Shown here: positions 54,619 to 63,229 of the stretch, piece by piece | Layout: each line of letters opens with the position of its first letter | Numbering within the stretch: the first letter of the stretch is position 1 | IMG/VR virus record: IMGVR_UViG_3300012007_000011 | Location: 64,155-127,383 of that record | Strand: one strand, 5' to 3' | DNA length: 63,229 nucleotides | DNA from: a virus | Taxonomy: Duplodnaviria > Heunggongvirae > Uroviricota > Caudoviricetes | The notes under the pieces: generated by a model | The model's database searches: none | The model's input: the letters and a program-made list of their open reading frames with translations, nothing else | Told to the model about the DNA's origin: nothing | Program-made: the position numbers and the translations under genes

Positions 54619-56988
54619 TTATTTTAACTCGATTTTACTAATATTTTTTTCTTTTACGATTGTCACTGTTAAATCATGATAACTTTCTAATGCATTGTCA
54701 TGACAAATATGTATAATACTGTCATAATTTGGTAACATTCTTCTAAAAAGTTTAAATACATTTTCAGCATTTTCCGAACTTACTCCCGCAAGAACTTCAT
54801 CTAAGACTAACATATTGCTTCTTGGAAGTGTGGCAACAGAGGCTAATGCTGAACGTAAAGCAAGGCTTGAAATTGTGCCCTCCCATCCACTGGCGGCAAT
54901 ACCCAAATCCATTTTTACACCATCTCTAAGCAAGTCTAAACAAATCTTATTGTTTTCGTCAATTGAAAGTTTTACCTCAAAATCACATAATCCATTTAGC
55001 AACCTTGCTATCTCATTATTCAGAATAGGTAAAGCACGTTTAAGTACAATTTTAATAATACCATTCTTTCCTATAAGTTCTTGATAGATATTCCAATTTC
55101 TGATTTTTGTTTCTTCCTCCAACAGTTTCTTTATAATTATGTTACGTTCATCTATTTGTTTATTGTATTGCGTAATTTCATTTTTATAATTTTGCACTAA
55201 ACGTATTTGCTGTTCTTTAATATTTGTCTCAACCTTTATGTTTTCATCAACAATACGTATTTTATTATCTATTTCATTATTATATTTGATATTTTCCTTG
55301 TTGGTTTCAATCTCTGCCTTTTTACGCTCTAAATCAGCAATCATAAGTTTGAAATTATCAATCTGAACTTTAATAGCACTCATTTCTGGTTTAAGACGAT
55401 TAAGTTCATTTTCCTCCGCACGTTTTTGTTCCAAAACCAATATTTCTTTCTTGATTTCTTCAAGTTTCTTTTTGTTATCTATACCACTATTGGTATATTC
55501 TTTTATCTTATTGTTGTTTTTTTCAATAAAAGAACTTTGTTCAACCAAATCAATCTCATGGCCACAAGTAGGACAAGTTTTCTTTTCAACAAGGGCTTCA
55601 ATACGTTTATTATCTTCTTTTAAGGAAACTATTTTTGTCCTTAATTCTGCTTGTTGTATTTCAATGTTACGTTCCTCTTCTTTTTTCTTGTTATATTCTT
55701 CAACATTAAATACAGAATCTTTAATCTGCATATAACGTTCCTTTTTTGTTTTCATTATTGCACGTTGCTGTGCTAAATTTTCATTGCAATAATTTGTCTG
55801 ATTTTCTATTGTAGTAACATCTGCACGAATAAGTTCTTCCTTAATTTCCTTTCTATTTTTAATTATATCAAGTTTTTCTTTATTATATTTCTCAATATTA
55901 TCATTTGCCTTATTCATTTTCTCTTGTGATTCAATAATTGATTTATTATCATTATCAATAACAATCTTCATATCATTTATTTCTGTTTCAAGAGAAACCT
56001 TGTTATATCTATTTGAAAGTAAAGTTTGGCTTTCTTTCTTCCATAAATCTTTGGCTATTTTTTCTTTTTCCTCTATGGATAACAAACCTAACCATCGTGA
56101 AAATAGTTTTCCCTTATCGGTTTGCCCCATTCTTAACAAATTACCTAACGTATACGCTGTTGCTGATATAACAAGGTCAAAATCCTCAATATTACCAACA
56201 GTTTCCCTAATAATATTGTTGGTTTGTGTTCCACTTTCACCCTCACAGTTTTCAATTTCCTCATAATCACCATTTATGAGTTTAAAATATTCAACCTTTT
56301 GTTTGGCTTTGCTCTTAGAAGTTCTTCTGTTTTTTGCCGGACGTGTAACAGTTCTTCGTATAACATAATCAACACCCTCAATTTCAATTCCTGCCTCTAC
56401 TTTAACCTCTGTTTCATTTTCAAGATATGTGTTAAACACACTATCAAGAGTTGGTGATTTCTCGGCTTTTCCAAAAAGGGCAAAACGTAACAAATCAATT
56501 GCTAAAGTTGTTTTACCTGAAGTATTTTCTGGTTGTCCTGTCAATAATACAAGCCCCTTTAATTTTGTAAAATCAAAATAATTATCTTTACCGTATGAAA
56601 GATAATTATCCCATTTCAAATATTTGATTTTATATGGTTTATATTTGGCATAAGAATTAAAATCAACAAAATTATTGACTTGTTTATCAATATTAAGCAA
56701 TTCTTCAAAATTATAATTCTCAACTTTTTTGGCTTCCAAATAATCTTTAAATAATTGCTGTTGAAACTTTGGGTCTTGAATATTTGTAATAATATCAGAA
56801 GCCAAAGAAATTTTATCACCACTATCATTAACAGTTATCGGTATGAAATTTATCTCAACATTTTTTAATGGAACACCATATTTTTCAGCAATTTCATTTC
56901 TTAAACTTTCTTTCTTCGATTCATTAAAATCAATTTGGAACATTTCCAAATCAAAAACTAATTTGTCTGTTGAATTTACTTTAACCAT
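54619..56988 (-). CDS. SbcC/Rad50/gp46-like ATPase
   Basis: GQPENTSGKTT Walker A, CPTC zinc hook, ASGWE signature, VLDEV. Confidence 0.9.
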   Translation of the reverse strand: MVKVNSTDKLVFDLEMFQIDFNESKKESLRNEIAEKYGVPLKNVEINFIPITVNDSGDKISLASDIITNIQDPKFQQQLFKDYLEAKKVENYNFEELLNIDKQVNNFVDFNSYAKYKPYKIKYLKWDNYLSYGKDNYFDFTKLKGLVLLTGQPENTSGKTTLAIDLLRFALFGKAEKSPTLDSVFNTYLENETEVKVEAGIEIEGVDYVIRRTVTRPAKNRRTSKSKAKQKVEYFKLINGDYEEIENCEGESGTQTNNIIRETVGNIEDFDLVISATAYTLGNLLRMGQTDKGKLFSRWLGLLSIEEKEKIAKDLWKKESQTLLSNRYNKVSLETEINDMKIVIDNDNKSIIESQEKMNKANDNIEKYNKEKLDIIKNRKEIKEELIRADVTTIENQTNYCNENLAQQRAIMKTKKERYMQIKDSVFNVEEYNKKKEEERNIEIQQAELRTKIVSLKEDNKRIEALVEKKTCPTCGHEIDLVEQSSFIEKNNNKIKEYTNSGIDNKKKLEEIKKEILVLEQKRAEENELNRLKPEMSAIKVQIDNFKLMIADLERKKAEIETNKENIKYNNEIDNKIRIVDENIKVETNIKEQQIRLVQNYKNEITQYNKQIDERNIIIKKLLEEETKIRNWNIYQELIGKNGIIKIVLKRALPILNNEIARLLNGLCDFEVKLSIDENNKICLDLLRDGVKMDLGIAASGWEGTISSLALRSALASVATLPRSNMLVLDEVLAGVSSENAENVFKLFRRMLPNYDSIIHICHDNALESYHDLTVTIVKEKNISKIELK

Positions 56989-56989
56989 T

Positions 56990-57421
56990 CTATTTTACCT
57001 TTAATGTTCTTTTCCTTATTTTTGACTGACCAACATTATCATTTGTATTAACAGTGTCCTCAACCCTTACTAAAAATTCTTCATTTTTTTCATCAAAAAC
57101 AAAATCACCTAACTTATTTTCAATTGGTGACACCACTTCTTCTTTTACCTTTTTTGGTCTTCCGACTTTCTTCTTTTCAGTCTTATTTTCATTTTCTTTT
57201 TTATTTTCAGATAATTCATTTTTCTTTTTTTCCAATAATTCTGTATATTTCTCTTCAAATGTGGTCTTATTTAACTTCTCATTTAAATCACCATACTTTC
57301 TTGTAAAGAAATCATCTTCAACACATTGAACTATATATTCTTCAATCGCAATTTTGTTAAATTCACAAAACTCCTTTATTTGCTCATAGTTTCTGTCTAT
57401 TATTTCAATTGTAATTTTCAT
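56990..57421 (-). CDS. Hypothetical protein
   Basis: First gene after a promoter near 57450. Confidence 0.6.
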   Translation of the reverse strand: MKITIEIIDRNYEQIKEFCEFNKIAIEEYIVQCVEDDFFTRKYGDLNEKLNKTTFEEKYTELLEKKKNELSENKKENENKTEKKKVGRPKKVKEEVVSPIENKLGDFVFDEKNEEFLVRVEDTVNTNDNVGQSKIRKRTLKVK

Positions 57422-57525
57422 TTAATTAATAGTTTAATACTCATATACAAATATAATGCAAAAAAATTGCATATCCAAAAATATAACCTATTTATTGTTA
57501 ATAACAAATCTAAAAAAGAAACTAA

Positions 57526-58347
57526 ATGAATACTTTAAAAAAAGGTAGTAAAGGTGAAGATGTAAAAACCCTACAAAAAGCATTAATTAAACTTGGTTTC
57601 AGTTTAACCGCAGATGGTGATTTCGGTGCTAAAACAGAAACAGCAGTAAAATCATTCCAAAAATCAAAAGGGATTGTTGCTGATGGAATTGTTGGTAATA
57701 AAACATGGCAACTTTTAGGTGTAACAGAACAAACAAACTCAAAGTCAGTTGATTCAAGCGTTTTATATTCACCGTTAAACGTACACATAACAAAATCATT
57801 AAATAGACCAATCACCTATATAGCAATACACTATACAGCAGGTGGTTCTTCTAAAAAAGGAAATGCCCTCAATGTAAAAAAAGTGTTCCAAAGTAGAAAT
57901 GCTTCAGCCGATTTCTGCATTGATGATGAAACAATAGTACAATTTAATCCAGACCTTAAAAACTATTATTGTTGGGCAGTTGGTGATAAAAAATACAAAT
58001 ATTCAAAAGGAGGTTCGCTATATGGTAAAGCCACCAATAGAAACACAATCAGTATTGAAATGTGTTCAAACCTTAAAAAAGGTACTTCTGCTGAAGCCGC
58101 AAACCACGAAGGATGGTATATAACTGACGAAACAATAAAACAATGTGTAAAATTGGTAAAAATCTTAATGAAAAAATATAATGTACCAATTGATAGAGTT
58201 ATCAGACATTATGATGTATCTGGTAAATTATGCCCCGGTATTATTGGTTGGAACAATGAACTTATTTATACAACTGACGGTAAAACAACAAAAAAATATA
58301 GTGATAGTTCAAAATGGTTGGACTTTAAGAAATTATTGCAAAAATAA
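57526..58347 (+). CDS. Endolysin: peptidoglycan-binding domain plus amidase_2
   Basis: LKKGSKGEDVKTLQ..DGDFG..DGIVG; IAIHYTAG, ASADF, VIRHYDVSGKLCPG. Confidence 0.9.
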   Translation: MNTLKKGSKGEDVKTLQKALIKLGFSLTADGDFGAKTETAVKSFQKSKGIVADGIVGNKTWQLLGVTEQTNSKSVDSSVLYSPLNVHITKSLNRPITYIAIHYTAGGSSKKGNALNVKKVFQSRNASADFCIDDETIVQFNPDLKNYYCWAVGDKKYKYSKGGSLYGKATNRNTISIEMCSNLKKGTSAEAANHEGWYITDETIKQCVKLVKILMKKYNVPIDRVIRHYDVSGKLCPGIIGWNNELIYTTDGKTTKKYSDSSKWLDFKKLLQK

Positions 58348-58386
58348 GAATATTTATAATTAAATATTGTTAAAATCGAAAAATAT

Positions 58387-58776
58387 ATGAAGAGAACAAT
58401 CAGATTAACGGAAAGCGAACTCAGAAATATAATTTCTGAATCAGTGAAAAGAGTTTTAATGGAAGGTGGTCATCTTTATCACAAGGATGAAGATGGAAAA
58501 GTATATACAAATTCAAAAGAAACATACCGTGGTGTTCCTGGTTCAGTATTTATTTCGCATGGAGAATGGGCTGATGCTGAAATATTATGGGATGGTGTTG
58601 AACTCAATGCGAATGATGTAGAAGAGGGATTATGGTATTCTTATAAAGATGATTGCGAAGAAAATGGAGAACAACCAACAGAACAAGGTTATGAAGCATG
58701 GTTGGAAAAAATGGGAACTGAATATATTGCTTCTCAACTCGATGACCTTGCTTGGGCTGCAAACGGAAATCCATAA
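58387..58776 (+). CDS. Hypothetical protein with MKRTIRLTESELR tag
   Basis: Shared leader. Confidence 0.75.
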   Translation: MKRTIRLTESELRNIISESVKRVLMEGGHLYHKDEDGKVYTNSKETYRGVPGSVFISHGEWADAEILWDGVELNANDVEEGLWYSYKDDCEENGEQPTEQGYEAWLEKMGTEYIASQLDDLAWAANGNP

Positions 58777-58830
58777 TATTTTCCAAAACAAACATATATA
58801 AGAGAGGTTTTTTTTTAACCTCTCTTTTTC

Positions 58831-59832
58831 TTACACAGCAACTGAAACCAATTCAAATTCCTCAATTTCTTTTGCTCTCTGCATTAACTTTCTTATACCC
58901 TTTTTACCGAATTTCTGATATATGTCAGAGGCATCATAGCCATCTGGACATTCAATTAATCTAACCCTTCCTTTTAAATTTGTGGAAGATAATAACTTAT
59001 AAATTTTCTTTGCATCATTTAATGCATCATCATCAAGTAAAACATTAACATTTGCTTTTGCCTTAGTTATAACAGTATTAAAAGTTGCATAATCACGCTT
59101 CAATGTTTTTCCGAGTAATGGTATAGAATTTGGTACTACCATATGGTCAAATGCGCCTTCGACAAGTGTAACGTCCTCATACCAATTTATTTTATCCTCA
59201 TTAAACACAAAATCTGTTTTCTTGATATCTGGATTATTGTATTTACGTAATTTTCTTTTACCTGTATAATCTCTTGCAACAAAATAATTTAACTCGCCAA
59301 ATTCATCATATGACGGTATTACAATTCGATTTCTCATTTCCTTGTCCTTAGACCAATATGGAACATAACCAATGTTATAATAATCAATTAAATACCAACT
59401 AATATTACGTTTCTGCAAGTAATCAATTGCTTCTTTTGCATATTTGTCATTTTTAGATATTTTTCTGTAATCATTTGGTAATTTAACAGTATTTTCAATT
59501 TGAAAATCCCCAAAATCACTACCAAAATCAAACTGATACAACAGTGAACTCTTAATATTTTTAAGTTCATTATAATATTTGGATAAATCACCACTATTAC
59601 CAAAATCTTTTATCAATTTTGACAATTTACCCGAAGTGCCGCATCTCCAACAATGGAAAAACGGTTTTGTTTTTAAATTTTCACCGTAATTAACGGCTAA
59701 ATTGTATTTACCATCACTCTCAACACCTTTTTCTAAAGCACAATAAGGGCAGTTATATTCCATCCACCCTTCATTATCTCTTCGTGGCGTTCCAATACTA
59801 TTTTCTACTATTTCCCTTATAACTTCAAACAT
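58831..59832 (-). CDS. DNA primase (zinc finger plus TOPRIM)
   Basis: CPYC..CWRCG, YLQKRNI, RIVIPSY, LVEGAFD, LLDDDA. Confidence 0.85.
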   Translation of the reverse strand: MFEVIREIVENSIGTPRRDNEGWMEYNCPYCALEKGVESDGKYNLAVNYGENLKTKPFFHCWRCGTSGKLSKLIKDFGNSGDLSKYYNELKNIKSSLLYQFDFGSDFGDFQIENTVKLPNDYRKISKNDKYAKEAIDYLQKRNISWYLIDYYNIGYVPYWSKDKEMRNRIVIPSYDEFGELNYFVARDYTGKRKLRKYNNPDIKKTDFVFNEDKINWYEDVTLVEGAFDHMVVPNSIPLLGKTLKRDYATFNTVITKAKANVNVLLDDDALNDAKKIYKLLSSTNLKGRVRLIECPDGYDASDIYQKFGKKGIRKLMQRAKEIEEFELVSVAV

Positions 59833-59907
59833 AAATCCTATATCTACAAATCACTTGCAAATATAGGACAAAAAAACTAAATAACAAAATCTAAAAAACT
59901 TAAAAAA

Positions 59908-60684
59908 CTACAAATCAATTATTTTCTCAAATTCCTTTTCACAGAATTTAACTTTGTATTTGTATCTATTAATTATAGTATTATTTATTTTTATATTTTC
60001 TTCCTTATAATCTATTATTTGAGGTGCATCATCATGATATTTCTCTTTATTGAGAAACCCTAAGACACAAACCAATGAGTCAGAAGCATCAAAATTTTCC
60101 GTTTTCAATTCACCTTTTTTGTTATATATCCATTCTATATCGGGATATAACTCACTTATTTTATTCCATACAATATGTTTTTTCTCACAATCAAATGGAT
60201 AATCGCCATATAATACTAATTCATTATTTTTTAGGGCATTCTTAATCTTTTTCTCATTGTATCTTTCTCCCTTTTTATTAAATTTTCTTACTGACATTAA
60301 TTCTGGAAAAGCATACTTTCTTGCATCATATGAGGAAATATATTTAGGAACAACACCAGTTGCTTCATATATTGATTGTGAAATCATTCCATTAAAACGT
60401 AGAAGTGTTGTAACAGTATTATTGTTTTGCGAATTAGGTAAAGGTTCTTCAATAATAATATCAGTTAGTCCAATATCTTTATATTTTTCTATGAACTGTT
60501 CCTTAAATTGTTTAGTTTTCATAAATAAAGACTCAGTTCCTTTTATCTTACGTGAAATTTTAGGTTTCACGTGTGATATCTTTAATATCTCCACATTAGT
60601 TCCATCATATCTTGCCAATGATACTCCCAAACAAGCAGTTGATATATCAATGCCTAAAATGATTCTTATGTTTTTTTCTTCCAT
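59908..60684 (-). CDS. RuvC-like resolvase
   Basis: ILGIDISTACLG, IIIEEP, FDASDS. Confidence 0.7.
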   Translation of the reverse strand: MEEKNIRIILGIDISTACLGVSLARYDGTNVEILKISHVKPKISRKIKGTESLFMKTKQFKEQFIEKYKDIGLTDIIIEEPLPNSQNNNTVTTLLRFNGMISQSIYEATGVVPKYISSYDARKYAFPELMSVRKFNKKGERYNEKKIKNALKNNELVLYGDYPFDCEKKHIVWNKISELYPDIEWIYNKKGELKTENFDASDSLVCVLGFLNKEKYHDDAPQIIDYKEENIKINNTIINRYKYKVKFCEKEFEKIIDL

Positions 60685-60761
60685 TTATATGAAAAATAAT
60701 TTTGTTCTATACAATAAATGTATTATATTTGTATTTGAAAATCAAAATTAATAAGGAAAAA

Positions 60762-61589
60762 ATGATTAAAACAATATTTCATATTGCTGACATCCATATA
60801 CCGAATGAGGAAAAAAACCGTCCTTATATGGAGATGTTAAAACAAGCACTTGCCGAGTTACTAAAAGAAACCAAAAAATATAATAAAGATGAATATCGCA
60901 TTGTACTTGCAGGAGATATTTTTCACAATAAAATTAAAACGACTAATGAAGCCAAAAAAACATTTCATGAAACTTTAAACTATCTTAATGCAATTGGCAA
61001 AACAATAATAATAGCAGGTAATCATGATATGTTAGAGAACAACCATGATAGGGTTGATTCAATTTCTCCAACTTTTGACATTAAAGATGTTTACCCAAAC
61101 ATTACATATGCTGATAAGGTACTTAACTATAAGAGTGGTTATATAAAAGATGATAACGTGATATGGGCACTTTATTCAATGTATGATAAATTTGCCAAAC
61201 CAAATATTGAAGGTTTAAAAGAACAATATGAAGATGTCAAAATAATCGGCCTTTATCATGGGGACATTGCCGGTGCTGTTACTGATACAGGTAGAATGTC
61301 AGAAAATGGCATTGATACAAATGTTTTTAAAGAATGTGACTGTGTAATGGCTGGACATATACATAAGTTTCAAGAAATAAAAAAGAATGGAGTGCCAATT
61401 GTATATGCAGGAAGTCTTTTTCAACAAGATAGTGGTGAAAATACAACAGGTCATGGTTTTGTAATTTGGGATATTGAAAAAAACAAATATACTTTCCATG
61501 AAGTGACCAACAATTATAAAATTTACAAATTCAAAATATCATCCTATGACGATATAAAAGAAGATAATGAAAAACTGATAAATTTATAA
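60762..61589 (+). CDS. SbcD/Mre11/gp47-like metallophosphoesterase nuclease
   Basis: HIADIH, AGDIFH, AGNHD, MAGHIH; start moved to MIKTIF. Confidence 0.9.
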   Translation: MIKTIFHIADIHIPNEEKNRPYMEMLKQALAELLKETKKYNKDEYRIVLAGDIFHNKIKTTNEAKKTFHETLNYLNAIGKTIIIAGNHDMLENNHDRVDSISPTFDIKDVYPNITYADKVLNYKSGYIKDDNVIWALYSMYDKFAKPNIEGLKEQYEDVKIIGLYHGDIAGAVTDTGRMSENGIDTNVFKECDCVMAGHIHKFQEIKKNGVPIVYAGSLFQQDSGENTTGHGFVIWDIEKNKYTFHEVTNNYKIYKFKISSYDDIKEDNEKLINL

Positions 61590-61608
61590 AACAGAAAAAG
61601 CAGTAATT

Positions 61609-62769
61609 TTACTGCTTTTTTATATTTTTGACAATAAATGACTTATATATTTCGGGAAAATCTATTATACTAACTTTTATGAAAGATTTACGTACCCCAA
61701 CAGGTTTGTCATAAATACTTATTAAAAGTCTCCTATTAGTATAATCTGTTTTTACTGAACACCATTTTGCACTTGAAAATGTTTTTACCATTAAGTCACT
61801 TTCTTCACCATTTTTTAGGACTTCAAAACTTAATACAACATCAGTTCTTTGATTTTCAATAATAATTTCATCATTAATAATGACTTCATTGAACTTTATT
61901 TCATATAAATTTTGTTCTTTCTCAATATTTAATGGCTTTGGTGTATATTTTTCAATAATCGCATTATAAGGTAAATATATATCAGATATTTGTGGCTGAA
62001 TTTTCTTTTTTGATTTTCTTTTAGTAGTTCTTTTAGTTAATGCTCTTGTTAGTTGACTATATTTTAATAAAAGTTCAAGACTTACCTCCCTATAATCTTC
62101 ATGACATAATCTTAACAGATAATACCCATTTTCATCAGAAAAAGGTCTTCCATAATTGGTTATTATCAACTTATCATCATATTTGTTATAAATGAAACCA
62201 TTATCAAAATTTCCATAACGTATAGAATCTCCGTCAACAAAGCATTTTAATATACTTTCAATTCTATATTTTTTACTACCGCCAACAACATTTATTTTAA
62301 TCTCATTTTTTTCATAATAATCATAGTTATCATAATCATCATTTTCTTTTGTGACAAATGGGTTTTGAATTATGCTTTGCAACATTTTTTCATATTGGTT
62401 TGTCTCACTATTTAATGTTGCACCATCAGTGATTTCCAACTTAAATTCTTCTGCCTTTTGTGTAATTTGTATTTCTATGTAAGTATCAATATCATTTGAA
62501 TGTGTACATTTAATTGTAAAATCTTTGTCATATGGTGTTTTATTCTCTTCAATGTAAACTTCAAGATTGCAACGATTAACATTAACACTTATTTCACCCT
62601 CGCCATAATATTCAGTTTTATAACTGAAATTATCTTGCACATTATTACATTCAATGAAGAAAGTTGCACGAATCTCTTTATTATCGGTTTCAACCGTCTT
62701 TTCTTCACCAAATGTCTTTTCTGTACCATTCAGAATATATGATTTACAATCAATTGTGTATAAATTCAT
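61609..62769 (-). CDS. Hypothetical protein with Ig/BACON-like domains
   Basis: Beta-rich, with SSAKWCSV..LISIYD..RKSFIKV pattern. Confidence 0.5.
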   Translation of the reverse strand: MNLYTIDCKSYILNGTEKTFGEEKTVETDNKEIRATFFIECNNVQDNFSYKTEYYGEGEISVNVNRCNLEVYIEENKTPYDKDFTIKCTHSNDIDTYIEIQITQKAEEFKLEITDGATLNSETNQYEKMLQSIIQNPFVTKENDDYDNYDYYEKNEIKINVVGGSKKYRIESILKCFVDGDSIRYGNFDNGFIYNKYDDKLIITNYGRPFSDENGYYLLRLCHEDYREVSLELLLKYSQLTRALTKRTTKRKSKKKIQPQISDIYLPYNAIIEKYTPKPLNIEKEQNLYEIKFNEVIINDEIIIENQRTDVVLSFEVLKNGEESDLMVKTFSSAKWCSVKTDYTNRRLLISIYDKPVGVRKSFIKVSIIDFPEIYKSFIVKNIKKQ

Positions 62770-62773
62770 CTAT

Positions 62774-63229
62774 TTAATTTGTTTCACCATTATCAATCCA
62801 ATTTATCGTGTATTCCGGTATCTTGATAAAATCAACGCTTTCATTAACAACATAAGTTGAAAAATCAATTTGTGTTTTGTTACTATCACCTCTTACATAC
62901 CAACTTATATTTGGGTTCGGATTTGTTGTTTTTTGCTCTTCTGCTACTGATTGTTCATACAATGTCTGTGTTGAACTTTCATCTTCAAAATAACGTACTG
63001 TATAATAAGTAATTGGTGCTGTATATTTTACAAATTCAGTGTCTTGTGTAATACGATATGGTAAACTTGCAATCGTTTGTGGACTACTCATTAAGCACCA
63101 ATATCCTGACTTGGTAACACTTTGTCCATAAATTATATTACTCTGTATCTCTGGATTAGTGTCATCCTCGCTTTGATACCATTTTACTGTATATGTTGTA
63201 ACTTTTACAAATTCCTCATTCTGTTGTGC
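62774..63229 (-). CDS. Partial repeat protein (InlB B-repeat-like), open to window end
   Basis: Frame stays open upstream of ATG 63091; repeats YTVKWY, YTVRYF, YTINWI. Confidence 0.6.
   Translation of the reverse strand, partial: AQQNEEFVKVTTYTVKWYQSEDDTNPEIQSNIIYGQSVTKSGYWCLMSSPQTIASLPYRITQDTEFVKYTAPITYYTVRYFEDESSTQTLYEQSVAEEQKTTNPNPNISWYVRGDSNKTQIDFSTYVVNESVDFIKIPEYTINWIDNGETN

Noticed and set aside
1748-62860. Numerous short antisense or alternate-frame ORFs inside recognised genes
   Set aside because: They are shadow ORFs of AT-rich coding strands, with no motifs or promoters.
1-63229. TAG-to-Gln recoding as in Lak megaphages
   Set aside because: Long genes (DnaK, gp46, Ro60) are intact in code 11. 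TAG ends several genes immediately before the next start or a terminator (1148, 6407, 6874, 8201), and no CTA suppressor tRNA was found.

Overview
This is a 63-kb segment of an AT-rich jumbo/mega-phage. The host is most likely Bacteroidota (Prevotella/Bacteroides-like), because TAnnTTTG/-33 TTTG promoters recur and the gene content resembles Lak megaphages. It uses the standard genetic code. Most genes lie on the minus strand. The left part (1-25 kb) encodes RNA, translation and proteostasis accessory proteins: YqeY, 5'-nucleotidase, CCA-adding enzyme, RlaP-like nucleotidyltransferase, OmpA, a sigma factor, IF3, NUDIX, DnaJ, DnaK, a soluble AAA+/M41 protease and several homing-type endonucleases. 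The centre (25.2-35.5 kb) is an RNA island. It holds 25 tRNAs covering all 20 amino acids, none with an encoded CCA. These include a tRNA-Pro split by a folded 107-nt insert, a long-variable-arm tRNA with a Trp anticodon, and an A34 tRNA-Leu(AAG). The island also contains a probable ROOL RNA, several unexplained structured RNAs that share motifs, and six members of a seven-copy Y-RNA-like family. That family has a covarying scaffold, an invariant UUACUUC(G) motif and interchangeable cargo domains, several of them tRNA mimics. The seventh copy lies directly upstream of a phage Ro60/TROVE gene. The right part encodes two DNA methyltransferases, ClpP, putative lysis and virion proteins, a second sigma factor, gp46/gp47-like nuclease subunits, an endolysin, a primase and a RuvC-like protein. 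The best candidate for an undescribed system is Ro60 plus the modular Y-RNA/tRNA-mimic family plus the interrupted tRNA-Pro, alongside tRNA-repair enzymes. All family assignments come from reading motifs by eye; no database search was run.
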